Assembly (NCBI GenBank): GCA_000826855.1
Contig: JTLS01000006.1
Span: forward strand, 1 to 60,574
Length of the DNA stretch: 60,574 nucleotides
From: Basidioascus undulatus
Lineage: Eukaryota
Reading direction: 5' to 3'
Shown here: positions 12,762 through 25,868 of the stretch, in pieces
Position numbering within the stretch: position 1 is the first letter of the stretch
How the letters are laid out: every line of letters starts with the position of its first letter
Made by a program: the position numbers and the translations under genes
Notes under the pieces: generated by a model
Seen by the model: only the letters and a program-made list of their open reading frames with translations
What the model was told of the DNA's origin: nothing
The model's database searches: none

Positions 12762-15519
12762 TCAGCGCTGCTGCTCCGCTTCCGACCCGTTCCTCGGCAC
12801 GCTCGCGTACGAGTACCCCCAGCGGTTGTCCTCCGCGGAGCCCACGTGTGCCGACGGGGCCGACGTGTCGCTCGCGGTGCGCGTGTGGTACGGGATGAAC
12901 CCGCCGCCGCCCTGGTGCGGCGAGTAGAATGTCGGGCTCGGCGTGTGCGCGGACATATCCGGGCTCGCGCCGACCGCGCCGCTGCCCGCGCCGTAGTCGC
13001 CCGAGGACGGGTTGAGGCCGACGGGACGCGAGAGGCCGGGCATCGACGGCGGGCCGCTGTGCGCTGAGTAGGAGCCGTACGACGGGCCCGCCGAGCTGCC
13101 CATCGACGGCGAGTTCAGGCCGGAGTTGTGAAAGAACTCGCCAAAGTCGAAGGACGGGTCGGCCTTGATCGGCGGGCCGCCTGGCGGGGGAGGGCCATGC
13201 GAGAGCGGGGGTGGCGCCGGGAGAGAGGGTTGCGACGTCGGCGGGCCATAGCTGGTTCCGGGGTTGTCAGAGAAACTGGGTGTGGAGCCGCTGTAGGGGG
13301 ATGCAGGAGAGTTGATGGGAGGAGAGAGGACGGTAGGGTGTTGGGGCGGGCCGGGGGAGGCAGGAGCGTTGCCGGGAGGAGGGAGCGAAGGGGGAGGGGG
13401 ACCGGTGTAGCCAGGGTAGTTGGCGGACTGCGGGTGGATCGAGAAGATCAGTCGTCGTCATATAAAAGGAAACGAAAGCCCGAGGCGCACGTATTTGCCG
13501 ATGATCTTCTTCAACGCGTTCGTCATGATGGCCCAGGGGAAGACCTTGACGTCCTTCTCGATGTTGCGTGGCTTCGGGTTCGGGAAACTCATGATGAGTT
13601 TGAAGAAGTCCTCGCTCTCGGGCTTGGCCTTGGAGACGGTCATCGGGCGGAAGCCCTCGAGGTTGCGGCGGATGCGGTTCTTCTCCTCGACGCTGAAGCG
13701 GACGCCGACGAGCGCCTCGAGGAGGTAGATCGCGTCTACGGACGTGACGAAGCACTCGTTGCGGTCCTCGCGGAATATACACGAGATGACGATCGAGTTC
13801 GGCACGTACTCCTGTTGCGAGATCGGGCGGAACGTCGCGTGGATCACCGGCCCGTCCTGCCGACGCCAGAACTGGACGAGGCGACGGCGTGCGTTCCACT
13901 CCTCCTGGGTCCTGTATAGCGAAGCGAGGGAGAATTTTAGCAAGGACCGCATGGAATAGCGAGCGACAAAGGAAGGAACGGACCATTGCACCGCCATGTC
14001 CTGGAGGTTGCCATGCAGCTGCAAGCTCGCCTTGTTGGTGATCGCCGTATACGGGTTGTACGGCGCGCCGGGCGGGCCCTGGATCTGGCTCGTGCGGATG
14101 AGCTGCGGCTGCTGGCCGCCGGGCGGCACTGGCGCAGGTGCGGGCGGCGTCGCGGCTGACGATCCAGGAGGCGGCGTGAGGCCGCCATTAGATGAAGGGG
14201 TCGTCTTGCTAGATGTGGGTAGGCCGGACCCCGACGCGGACGCGTACGAGGACGACTGGGTATCGGGCAGGTCGAGGCGAGATGCGGAGGGAGAGATGGT
14301 GGGGACGGAGGTGAAGGGAGATGCTGCGAGGTATTCCCCGACCACAGTTAGGACTGCCGAAACCACAATGGAAGCACCGCCACGTACAAGCAGATGCCGG
14401 CAAGCCGCTGGACGTGGGATTCTCGTTGACTGTGGGCATGAACGCGTGGAAGCTGGCGCTAGGTGCTGAGCGTTCGGCGGCGTCTGCAAGGTAAGATGGA
14501 CACAGGTGATTGAGTCAAGTCAGTCTTATGTGTAAAAAGCCAGGTCGACTGCGGCGAGCAAACCGAGAGGTGCGGGAGAGGCAAGACGTACCCCGCAGCT
14601 GCGGCTGGCTCGTCGCTTTGCGCAGGTTGAGCTGCACCGAGGGGCTCGCGCGATCTGAATACAGCGGATCGCCCGACCGCTTGGTACTCAAGCGTGGCGA
14701 GGGAGCTAGAATACGCACAGCGCCGTTAGCTTCGTCCTCGCCCAGCAAAGCCGAATGCGGCAAACAAGAGGTAGACTCACGAACGCCCCAGTATGTAAAG
14801 CTTCCAAACTCGACCGACTCGACCACCCTCCCCGCATCATCAAGCGCCTGCACGAACAGTGCGACGCGAGTGTTGGTCCACTGCGTCTGCGCGAATGGCG
14901 GCGCGGCGGCGGAGAGGAGGAGCGCGCCCTGCGTGACGCCACCCTCCGAGCGATTGACGCGCGTCGCGACGGGCGCGGTGCCGAACAGGATGCGGAGCTG
15001 CTTGCCCGTGCTGGGCTGAGGGAGGCGCGTCGGCGCGGCGGGACTCGGCGGATTGGAGGCAGTCGAGAGGAAGACATCGGCCCAGACGCGAAGCATAACG
15101 CCCTCCTCGCCCTGCGCCGGCGAGTACGAGTAGGTCTGGAGCGTGCCCGAATGACCGCTCGCGCTCGGGAGAGCCTCGACCGGGGTCGCGTGCTGGAACG
15201 AGGCCGAGGTAGCAGACGAAGGGGCGGATGGGTCGGAGGGTAGGGTGTCCGTGGTCGTCGAAGGGGAGAGGATGGGGTAGCCGATTGCGGTCAACTTGGT
15301 TGAGACGTCGGACGCGGTCGCTGTGCCGGCGGGACCGCCCATGGTCGTGGCATGCGGCATGACAGGGCTGCTCGTGGCGCTGTAGTACCCCGACCTCGGA
15401 GGAGGTGGTGGGGCGGGGGGCGCGCCATTGTTGGAGCCGAAGGACGAGAAGCGCTGGTGGCCGGGAACGAAGGCCGCGCCGGAGGTGCTCGAGGTGGGGG
15501 AGGGGGCGCCGCCGCTCAT
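12762..15519 (-). CDS. medA: MedA (medusa)-family developmental transcription regulator
   Basis: Conserved block KASLQLHGNLQDM..W..EEWNARRRLVQFWR..ISCIFREDRNECFVTSVDAIYLLEALV..FSVEEKNRIRRNLEGFRPMTVSKAKPESEDFFKLIMSFPNPKPRNIEKDVKVFPW..ALKKIIGKY, flanked by Ser/Pro-rich low-complexity sequence. Confidence 0.85.
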
Positions 15520-16891
15520 GTCGAAAAGGAGAAAAGGAGGGGTAAAGAGTAATAACGTTAAGACGTCGAAGGATGGGTAATAGAATAGATATCCGGGAGA
15601 GGACGAGCAGCGGTTGGGCGTGCGGCCGTCTGAGGGTGGGCGAGGGAAAGTCAGGGGAAGGAGGAGTCAGTGAATTGCAAGACCGGAGGGTGCGAGAGGA
15701 GATGCAGATGAGAAGGTGCAGATGAGTCGGTGCTCGGACAGAGGCTTCTCTGATAACCCATGCCCTAGCGCCGCGGACGCGCGAGCGGGGGTTATAGCGG
15801 GTCGTGTTGAGAACACTAGTCCGAGTGAGTCTACCGCGCTATAGACGTGTCCCGCAGCCTCCGACACGACCATCGAGAGCGGGACATTCGATGTCCCAAA
15901 CTGACCGGCAACCTGGAGGCAGTGGACCGTCCTCCATTGATTCTCTAGTTGCAAAAGGCCATCCCTTTGCCAGCCGAGGGATGCCGAGCACTGCCCAATC
16001 GCACGAAACCTCCACAGACGAGACGGGCAGACTCACCTCTGTAAGGTGACACGCGGCGGGATCGGGCGGGGCGGGTAGGTGAATGAGGCGAGTCGGAGGT
16101 GAAGACAGGGACGGGCGAAGGCGCAGCGTCGGTGTCGGTGTCAAAGACCGAGGATACGAGACAGTGTCGACGCAGATGGCGGGGAGAAGCAAGGGGGAAA
16201 GAGATGGTCAAGCGGATTGTCGCTGAGATGAGACAATGTGTCGGGTCAGCCCCATCGTCTTGCGCACCGTACGCGCCGAATAAGAGCAAGATGCTGCGTA
16301 CAAGTTAATGACCGCGATAGCGACGCACTATCAGCGTCGATGCCAGACTCCTTCGCGAAAGTAGGTGGGAAGGTCCAACCCGCCCAGAGCTTCGCGGCCG
16401 AGCTCGATGGGCACGATGCGTCTGTGCCTTGGACTGCGCGCCCTTCGAACGGGGCCCGAACGCAGAGCCTACAGAGGCGGTCTCGGGTGCGGGTCTTTGG
16501 CAGGCGCGCCGGGCCGGGCGTGCCAGTCGGAAGGGTGTGCGAGGGGGGAGGGGTAAGGGTAGGGTGCGTCCGAGTGGATGAGCCGCGTCACGCGTAATGA
16601 GAGCCCGCGTCGGCGCTGTTGGCGATGGTGAGCGTAAAAGAGTGAACGGCGCGTACGAGTATGGGGGGTGAGGTGTGTAGGACGGATATTAGGCCGTGCC
16701 CGGGCGAGGACACGACGGGGGACGATGGAGGCAGGCGAGAAGAGGGCGCGCGATGAAGTCGAAAGCAAGACCTTGCGCTTGCCGAACAGCGGCCAGACAC
16801 GCCGACAGGGCGGCGCTTCTTCGAACCATACTCGCACATTTTGCTCCCTTTCATTACCACCCAGCTGGAGGCTCCATAAAAGCCTCATCTA

Positions 16892-17742
16892 ATGTCCCGC
16901 TGCCACGACCAGAGAGTAAGAACTCCCATATTCACTTGGCCATAACATTGAAAGCACCGCCCAGCAGTAGCGGGCCCAAGAAGGCCCGCCAAAGCCAGGA
17001 TGCAGATCAGCGGGCTGATTATCGTCATAAATACTTCCACTACATTCTGCGTTAGGTCTTGTTGTCTCTCTGCGAGGCCTTGGTTTGTCCCGATGTCTAC
17101 TTGCCAATTTACCCCCGAGTCGTCTTGATGATTGTTGTAGAGGATGCGTCCGTCGTGAACGCTGAAGCAGGCCTGCACCGCTTACAGGCACCATCACGAG
17201 GCGACGTCCGGCGAACCGTCTAAACTTCGGTGCCTTGCACGAGCATTGCACTTTCTCGGTTGGAGTGTTGCTCGTCTGCAGCCTCTTCTCAGCTGGTACC
17301 GTCCTTAAAGATGCTGTGAATCGCGCATGGTCCCAGAAGACTGAAAAATCGATGCGAAAGTTGCAATACCTTTGTGAGCCGTTGACAGACCGTTTGCAGA
17401 CTGCGTCGGGCGCCGGTGCCGAGCGGCGGGCCTAGTGGATTTCTACGCCGCGTCGCGACCGCAAAAAGCAACTCCGTGTTCTTTACATAATGAGAATAAT
17501 GCAGTGACGATATTTGCAAGCGTCTTCCGCTTCCGAGGCTCGATGGAGCTTCTGCGGCGCAATGGACATGCAAAATGCCGAGGCTGCCAAGGAGACCCAG
17601 AATGTTAAAGAGTGACGGCAGCGGCTGCATCGGTACGGCAAGTTCAGAGGTACACCTTTATACCGAAGAGGAGGAAGAGAATAATGGCCTGAAGAGCGAA
17701 CACCTGCTGCTCAGGCACTTGCGAGCCACCAAACGCTCATGA
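16892..17742 (+). pseudogene. Possible decayed hypothetical gene
   Basis: Exon-like blocks (PKKARQSQDADQRADYRHKYFHYIL; GTVLKDAVNRAWSQKTEKSMRKLQYL; E*RQRLHRYGKFRGTPYTEEEEEN) with GTAAG/GTGAG donors and in-frame stops. Family not recognised. Confidence 0.2.
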
Positions 17743-19211
17743 CAACGCTGCTGGTCCCCGTTTGTTCTCTAACACACTGATCCTTCAAGAAAGAGAGATG
17801 GGTAGATTGACAACGCTGACCCTCCATGGGGAGACTAACCTGTGAACGAGGCTCGCAGAATCGCAAGGCCCAGCACAGTATCATGGCGTTGCAAGCTTTC
17901 TACGCCAGGCGCCGGGGCCCGTCATCCCCTATTTTATTATTCTCTGTCTTCCTTCGAGCCCAGACGAGAAGACGGAAAGTTCGAGGGAAGGATCACTGCG
18001 CCTGGGCGGTTGAGGCTTGCGCCTTGCCGCCCCCACCTGGCCCCCACCGTCATGGATGCCCACTGTGATTACTCGCAAGTCGGCATTGAAAAAGCTTGAC
18101 TGTAACTATGCGGTACAATCAAAACACAAGAAGGCTGGTGATGGTACCGGGACCTTTCCCATGTCAACAAAGACGGTGTTCGTGATCAAACCCAGCAAGC
18201 AAAGCAAAAGCAAACATTCAGCATCGGAGTCCGGACCTTCAGGTGGCGTCGCAATGCCACCTGCCTGGCGGCGCACCGGTTTGCTCATGAAAACATCATC
18301 GGCACCATTTCATCTTGCCTTTCATTTCACCGATCCCTGGATAACTATGTCCGCATGGCCACGCGCTCGAGCTGTCTCGCAGCATGAGCGCACGTTGCTG
18401 ATATATAACGGACGGTGCGAACGGTGTGGACGCCTCGAAGCGCTTGGGTCGTCGGTACCCGAGTCGCGTGTGAAACAAACGCATTATGGTAAACCTTGCT
18501 GATCATCGCGTGTGCGTGGGAAACATGAAATGAAGAACATCTTGTTGCACTCAGTTGTTACATCTTGCTCGGTCATTTGTTTCCATCGTCTTGGACGACT
18601 GCTGAATGCAATTGCAAAGAATTGTCATGGGCCTGACCAGGAAGACTTCTTCGCGAAGATTTATGGCATTCGCGGCCTGCAAAAGCCACGTCTGGATCAC
18701 AAGAACAATGGTGTTCTCGGCGAAGAAACTCATAAGGTACTGTATTTCCAAATTACCGCAATCCAGCTGACCGCTTGCAACGGCAGTTTCCAAGCGCTGG
18801 CGGTTCAATGGGCCAGTGCCCAAGGAGCAGGCCAAAGTGTGCTCAATGGATATAGGGCCGGTCATGTTGCAACACCCATGACCATGTCTGACTGAGAGCG
18901 GCTGTGAGACGAAGGGAACGCGAGAGCCCATGCTTTGATGCTTAGCAATTCTGAGAGCAGCTTTGCGGTAAAGGTTCCAAATTTGTGCAGCGCGCACATG
19001 TGTAGGTGCTGTCTTAGGCTGTCGGTGATCTGGTTTAGCTCAGCAGCGCCGTAGTTCGAAGCTGGAGCTACCCGATCAACAGATTCGAGCTGTCGAGACC
19101 GCGACACCAGTTCAGTTCCGACGGACGTGCCCCCAATCAGAACATCTATATACATTATCTCCCCCGCATAGGACCAGCCTCGTCCCGTCCTGTAGTCCTC
19201 ATTGCAGCCCT

Positions 19212-20307
19212 TCACTCGGAAACCATCGCCTTGATATGCAGGGGGACCTGCACTTGGCAGTCCGGAGCGGACACCGGGGCACATACGACCTCTTTGACTG
19301 GAAGGGAGCCGAACCAATACTTTCCGATCACGGAAGCGTCATTGAGGTCCTGCTCAGACGGGATACGTGAGGTGAGCGCTGTGCCAGCTCGACAATGGCT
19401 TTACCAGAGAAGAAAGGAACACACGGATGGCGGGTTTGTACTGATGACTCCAGAGCAAGGGGTATCGTCTGTGTATTTTTTCCCACTGTGTCCCTCGCTC
19501 CACAGTATTAGCCATCGCATGACCATGATGGGACTACCACCACCCCACACACCTGGCACTGTTGACTCTGAGCCGACAAACCCACGTCCTCCCAAGCTCT
19601 TCTTCGTTCATAACTCGACTCGCATCCCACATCCCTGGGACAGCCCGTTCCGTAATAAGTCGCAGCGCTGCGGTGCGCCCGGCCTTGTCGTCAGACGCGA
19701 AGGGGAGCACAGTGCAGTGCAACGTCGCGGATACATAGTGGAGAGAGGAGTTGTATGGAGTGAGAGCGATATAGTATCTGCAAGGCAGGGTATTTAGCAC
19801 TTGGTTTCATATATCCAGCTAGAACAAAGAGAGGAAGGAAGCGGGCGGGAATACCCTTGTACTTCGGAGGCCGAAACGCACACAGGCGTTCCGGCATCGC
19901 ATGTAGCTTCGGCGAAGCGGGTGTCGACAGCAGCTGCGTTATTTTGAAGGTCAGGTCAGAGACAGTACACGAGAAGGAAATGCCCAAGACACACAGTGCG
20001 CGTAGACGAAAACCCCCTCGTCCCCCTTGTCTTCCAGCGCACCGATCATGGGTACGACGACGGGTACGCCCTCGTCAGGGTCTACGAATCCGAAGTTAAG
20101 GAGCTTGGCTTTCTCCTATAGTATGTGTGGATGTGTGCAAGGGGAGGCCCCAAGGCTCAGGAACCGCAAGAACGGGACAATAAAGGAAGTACGCACGACA
20201 ACGCCATGGATAAACGCTTTGTCGTACTTCCCCTTGTCCTTGCGGCGAGGAGTGCTCAGTGAGGTACGATCGTAGATTCGTTCGATTGCTGCTCGTGGGC
20301 AGGACAT
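19212..20307 (-). CDS. Flavin-nucleotide-binding split-barrel protein (Pyridox_ox_2 / NimA-like), six exons, apparently intact
   Basis: Spliced: MSCPRAAIERIYDRTSLSTPRRKDKGKYDKAFIHGVV-EKAKLLNFGFVDPDEGVPVVVPMIGAL..VYAHSAVDTRF..TPVCVSASEVQGYYIALTPYNSSLHYVSA..AALRLITERAVPGMWDASR..ELGRTWVCRLRVNSASGK..DLNDASVIGKYWFGSLPV..VPLHIKAMVSE*. This follows the family pattern R..YD..IH / P.V.P / Y.HG / PVCV / S..Y.S / PG.W..R / SAS.K / W.G..P. Confidence 0.8.
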
Positions 20308-21618
20308 GGTTGAACGGAGATAGGTGAGGAAGTCGGATGCAAGGAACTGAAGCTGAGCCGGTGCTCGTCGCGCTGAAAAGACGTTTTTATGGCCGAATGT
20401 CGCGCTCCGAGTCACAGCCCAATTACGTACGCTGTTTCTTAGAAGACAATCCGAGTCATGGGTGGCCAAGGGGTGGCGAACATTGAAAGCAACAAGATAC
20501 TGTAAGCGTCGGCAGTGGGTTCAGGCTGTTCTCCAACGGTGATCCGCCAATTTAGGCGCGGCTCACTACGTGCGGTATAGGCTTGCTCGCTCGTTGTGAG
20601 GTGTAAAAGTTGTTATGCGTGCAAGGTCTCATCCACTTGCATCGAACTGGCTTAAAAAGCATATCCCAAACCCCAGTGGGCCCGTGAAACCCGATCAAAG
20701 GGCTGTAGTCACGAAGGCTGTAGTCACGGTCTGGAAATACAGGCACCAGCACTCTGTCGGCATGCTGCATGGCAAGGCGGCAGGAGACCAGATAAGTGCT
20801 GGTCCTGTAAGTAGAACCAATACTGTAGCCGAATTCAAATACTCTACAGAAGCAAGCGTGTGCATGGGTGCTGGGAGTGGAGAGCAGCGCAGTTGCATTG
20901 AGAAGGTCCAAAATCAATGAGTTGGCACGGTATGCATGAGATAATTCCCATGGCGTCAAGGCGGACGAAATAAAAGGCTATCTATACACTAAGTTGCATT
21001 TCCTCTAAAGGTGGAGAGTTTGCATTGCGCCTAGATGGTGGTGTTTGAAACACACGATTCTACCTGCCACTTGTGAAACCTCCAGACCTCTGCAGACAAT
21101 GCCGCGAGTGCTGGCAACGGTTACGGGTAGTGGAGATAAATTCAAAGGGTCATGCTTTATAGGAAGCTCTGTATTCCGGACTGTGGCAATGTGCAGCGGT
21201 TTAAGGCCGCTGACAGAAGGGGGCAACAATGACAGCGTGTTTGCGTCCCCCTTCAAGTACCGTTGCGTGCCCGACGGAAGTGGCAAGTCAAGAACATACT
21301 CGCGTAAAGCCACCCTGTCTCTCTTTCTCCACCCCCACTCTCTCGGCAGGGAACAAGACTGCTTGCGACAGCTCGGCTTCGGGCTCCCCATTCAACCTTC
21401 GCCCGAGGCAACTCATTCACTCGTCCGCAACCGTGTTTGTGACAATCTTCGTCCCCAGCTCCGCCTTTCGTTCGGTGTTCGGTGTGGACGAGGTCCGAGG
21501 TTGGTCAGTCATTATAAAGGGCTTTCTGGTGGACTTTATACCCCTGGAAATTGATGTTCAAGCTCATACGCTCAACGACCAAAAACTTGTTCCCTCAATT
21601 CACAGCTCTTGCCCCGCA

Positions 21619-22693
21619 ATGCACGCGATCGTGTGGGCTGAATTTCTCTTGGAAGGGTGTGGAGACACCGCTACTGACCACCTTCTCATCCTTGGCCCAG
21701 CTTCGGTGCCAGTCGCGGTTGTGGCTACCATGCTGCGGTGGAGCTCCTCTCCTCCGGCTGGACTTGCACACTCCTACTCCGCAGACCTGGCATCATCTCA
21801 TGCGACCCAGCCTTCTCAACCTACATCACGGAAGGCAGAGCTCGTCTGGTCAAGGGCGATGCGTTCACCGTCGGAGACGTCCGCGGGCTGTTTCAAGGGG
21901 ATGAGAAGGTGGACTTGGTCATCTCTTCCATCGGTAAGATGACTCTTGGACTCTTCAGAGGCTCATAATTTTTCACTCACAATGCTGACTCGTTTCCACT
22001 TCTTTTTTGTCAAGGCGGCAACCCGTCCGAGGGTAAGTTCAGCCTACGCAAAGGCCTGCAGCTTCCCAACCCCGACATCACGACCCGCGCCTCCCTCGTC
22101 CTCCTCTCCGTTCTCGAGTCTCTTCCATACGCTGCACCCCGTTTGATTGTCGTATCCAGCACGGGACTGGGTAAGTCGCACTCCGAGCTCCCTCTCCTTT
22201 TGCAGGTGCGCCCCCGAACTACACGTCCACTTCACATTCCGCGCCGACCTTTCCTTCGCGTTTCTGTTTTCCTCTTCAGCCCCTGTATGGCTGGATCCTT
22301 GCTGGTCCGCATGAAGATAAGGTTGGGCTCGAGGTAAGTGGACCTACAAAGCTTCCAGTTCTTCCCACCTGAACTTACCGTCATGTCTCCCACCAACAGT
22401 ACTCCGTCATCTACGCCTCCCGCTCCATGATCTGGCCGGCCGACGAGCCGCCTCCGAAGCCGGAGATCCTGCCTGCTGGAACGCTAAACAGCATCAAGCC
22501 CAACTTCCTCCCCGAGCTCATCATCGTGCGCCCCGCACTGCTCACCGACGGCAAGGCCACCGGAACGTACAGGACGGATGAGCATCTCACCGCTTACACC
22601 ATCTCTCGCGCGGATATCGGCCGCTTCATTGCGACTCAGTGCGTGCCCGGCAGGGAGGAGTGGGTGAATAAGGCCGTGGCCGTGGGTTATTGA
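21619..22693 (+). CDS. NAD(P)H-binding atypical SDR, flavin reductase/biliverdin reductase B-like (NAD_binding_10)
   Basis: MHAIVFGASRGCG (Rossmann), LVKGDAF, VDLVISSIGG, RLIVVSSTGLG, PLYGWILAGPHEDKVGLE, IIVRPALLTDG, YTISRADIGRFI, WVNKAVAVGY*. Confidence 0.88.
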
Positions 22694-23264
22694 GGTGTCG
22701 TGAGATCGGTGCAATGAGTTCATTTCAATGCAGCTTGGCCAGATCAGACCAATTGAAAGGGAATCTGAATTTACTTGTGTTCTGTGCACACCCTTCCGCG
22801 TGCTACCTGGCCCACATTCCTTCCTTCCTCCCCCTACCGCCGAGCATCTGACGCAGTGACGCAGCGCTACGCGCCGCCCTCCGCAGACTGCAATCCAGAT
22901 GGGTTGAGAATGCCCAATGACTTATAAGAAGCCCAGCTTAACAATTTTGATTCACGTATCATGCTTGGAGAACGGGGCTGTGCCTCGCTACCGCAGTGCA
23001 GCAAGTCTGTTGTCATCTATGACCCGCTACTGTATATTTTCCCAAGTCAATTCCCAAGCATAGAGGCACAAGGAGGCTTGAAAATGTTCGTGATCCTAGA
23101 GTTTGAGTCAGCGCTATCTGACACCGGAGTGCTTGAAGGACCGCATCTCGAGTTGCTGTTGTGTGTGACTGACTGTGCCGTCTCTTCTCTTCAACACCCT
23201 CTCATTTAGGAATACCGAGCCATATTTCAGTCTTTAACTGTACGTATAGCGCAGAAAACGCGAA

Positions 23265-23943
23265 TTACAACGACGCACCTGTCACCTGCTTCCATCTTCC
23301 GCCTTCTCCACTGCTCGGCTTCCTTCTTCGCTCCCCTGGATTCAGACGGTAGGTGAGCCGCGCGACTTTTGGCATGGCTGGTCTTTTTCGGCCTGCTCTA
23401 GGTGGGTTGGAGGTGCGACTTTGGCGAACGGCTTGTTCCTCTTGGCCTCCTCGGGACATAGAAGGTGGGTCGGAAGTGCGATGCTGGGAAAGGGTTCGCG
23501 CTCGGCGCTCGACATGTCTGGGGCACTTGAAATGTTTGAAAGGGTAACGGAGTTCAGGAATATGGGAAGGATTCAATCTTGTGCTTGTGTGTTGAGGTTG
23601 AGTGCGAACCGATTCGGAAGTGGATGCTGCTTACTCCCCTTTGCTTCCGCTTGATCATTTCTGACTTTTTCGCTAATCCAAGCTGATCGGCGGCAAGTGG
23701 TTCTTTCACTGCAAGTGACTTCTTGGCGGATAACTTTTCTTCCACTCACCTTTTAGGGAGCATCTCTACCGAGCGACAAAGGGGTTCCGCCCATCCTGGT
23801 CCATGGTCTATGTTTGCCGTTGTTGTCGAGCTTGCCCGCCATCGAGACTTTTTCGCTCCGAAAGTATCTGATCTCAAGCTCATATATGTGTTCTGTGCTG
23901 CCTGAAGCTTAGCCTCGGGAGGCATGATAGCATAGTCTTTCAT
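23265..23943 (-). pseudogene. Possible decayed ORF (abutting same-frame ORFs split by single stops)
   Basis: ORFs 23746-23943 and 23554-23745 abut in one frame, and the frame continues with sparse stops. No recognisable family. Confidence 0.2.
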
Positions 23944-24109
23944 TCAGTGTAATTCACCAGTCATCGTCAAGAGCCTCAGTACTGCAACAGCTACAGTCTT
24001 TCCCACAACAGCCCCTTGAAGTGACATCTACCAACGCGAAATGTCGTGGGACTACCGCTTAGAACACGCGCTGAAACAACGGAGCAGATGTTAACCACAG
24101 ATTTGGCTC

Positions 24110-25412
24110 TTATGAAATAGCACTCACGAAATGGTGCTTCTTGCCAACGGTCGAGATGTCCTCGATCTCCTCGGGTTTGACCTTTGCGAGCGACCCCACC
24201 TGCAAGTACTCCTCCAAGCGAGACCGCTTCGAGCTGGTTCTGTACCGCCTACTCTGTGTCAGCAAAAGTGATTCCATGAGCCAGCTACAATGAAAACTGC
24301 AATGTCCTGCGAGCGGACCCAGGAGCACCTGCCCCTCTGTACGGAAGGCTCCCTTGTGAGTACTCGGGAGTATGTCTTGGCACTCTAGCAGCAGAACATA
24401 CCGTTGATGCTATAGCTTGAAGCGATCTTCTTCAGTGTGGCGTTCAGGTGCCTAGTGATGGGGGTGAGGGGTCCGTATGACTGATGGGAAGTCAGGTCGG
24501 CAATAGACAAGGTGGTTCTGCACATGTCAAACGTCAAATGGACTGCTCTCCTCTAGGACGATGTTGTGCACCTTCGCGAAGTTCTGCACTGCCTCGGCTT
24601 GATCGAGGATGAGTGGGTGGTACTCGATCTGAAACAAAGAAACACCCCTAGTCAGCGGTCTGCAGCAGCCAGGAAGGCAAAGGGAGACGCACTTGATTGA
24701 TAGCGGGCTTTATGCGAGCAGCTCCTCCAGATCGGGGACCTTGAAGTTGCTGACGCCGATGGACTTGGCACATCCTTGCTCCTGCGGTCGCTGCAAATGA
24801 GCTTGCGGCATTGCGACGTTCAACTACAACCCGTAAACGCACCTTGAAGTCCTCGAGCTGGTTCCAGACCTTGTCCAGTCCGCCGCCCTCCTTGGCGAAC
24901 TTGGGTTGGTGGATCAGGTAAAGGTCGACATACGAGAGTCCCAACTGTGCATCGGGGTAAGCCTATGAGTGTCGCAACGCTCCCATCACACCAGAGTGCC
25001 TTACCTTCCGCAGGCTCGCTTCAAAGCTCTCCTTCACATCCCCACCGCCGTACTTGGTCGTGACGTAAAGCTGCTCGCGAGAAATGCCGCTTTCCTTGAT
25101 CGCCTGTCCGACGGATTCCTCGTTGCCGTACTGTAACAGCAGACTGCATCAGTCAACGGAAGAACTACGGAAAGCCGAAGGGTCGCCAACGCACGACTTG
25201 GGCGGCATCGATGTGGCGGAAGCCAGCCTTAAGCGCAGTAAGGACTTGCTCTTCGGCGTCCTTGTTGTACAGGGCAGTACCGGTGCCGAAGGCACTGCAT
25301 GAATGACCGGGTTAATGCATCCTGAGGCTGAGGGGTAGCACGGGACGACGCACGGAGAAGGTATCTCATTGCCATCCAAGAGCTTGTACGAGCCGTAGAG
25401 CGCCTTGACCAT
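24110..25412 (-). pseudogene. Aldo-keto reductase, tandem paralog with frameshifts
   Basis: FGTGTALY, FRHIDAAQ, YVTTKY, VDLYLIHQP, SIGVSNF. LEELL is followed by GCA TAA while IKPAINQ continues in another frame (about 24710-24716). A second shift lies at about 24320 (QVLL/WVRSQDI). The 3' end is uncertain. Confidence 0.8.
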
Positions 25413-25868
25413 GATGGGCAGATGATCAGTGGAGTGAGATATTCGAATGCAGAAGTGGAAGAATTGATGGTGGGCAGAGAGCGGCTCGCAACTTGGTTGA
25501 TAAAGGCCTGCAAGCAGATTGCATCATTCCATCTCGTTATCGAGTAAGCACGATCGATGGTGCGGTAAGCAACGACAGTGGTCCGCAGCAAGAACGACAT
25601 CAGTACGCGATGGCACGATGCTAACAGAGCCTCACGACAGTATACCCAGCATCAGATAGTGTTGGTAAGCTCACGTAAAAACACGTACGAAGAACGCCGG
25701 TGTGGGAGATTGCTGAAATGTCCCGAGATGCAGCATAAATATGATGGAATATTGTTTTGAAAGCGATCCATAGGAGAGCATCCAAGCGTCAAAGCCGAAC
25801 AACTTCTCCATGATGTTCATGTCAAGCTCAGAAATGCAACCATGTCCCTCTTTTCTAGCCGCCAGCTC

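Noticed and set aside
12846..15552. Long plus-strand ORFs antisense to medA (and similar ones opposite PRP9, the CTLH gene and NPR2)
   Set aside because: Expected shadow ORFs of GC-rich coding sequence.
17800..19200. ORFs 18017-18502, 18512-18895 and 18551-18997 as a mobile element
   Set aside because: No RT, integrase or DDE motifs and no LTR/TIR seen. It may be an old relic but is unidentifiable by eye.
20701..20728. 13-bp direct repeat GGCTGTAGTCACG x2 in the divergent spacer
   Set aside because: Only two copies; consistent with a local slippage duplication and not CRISPR-like.
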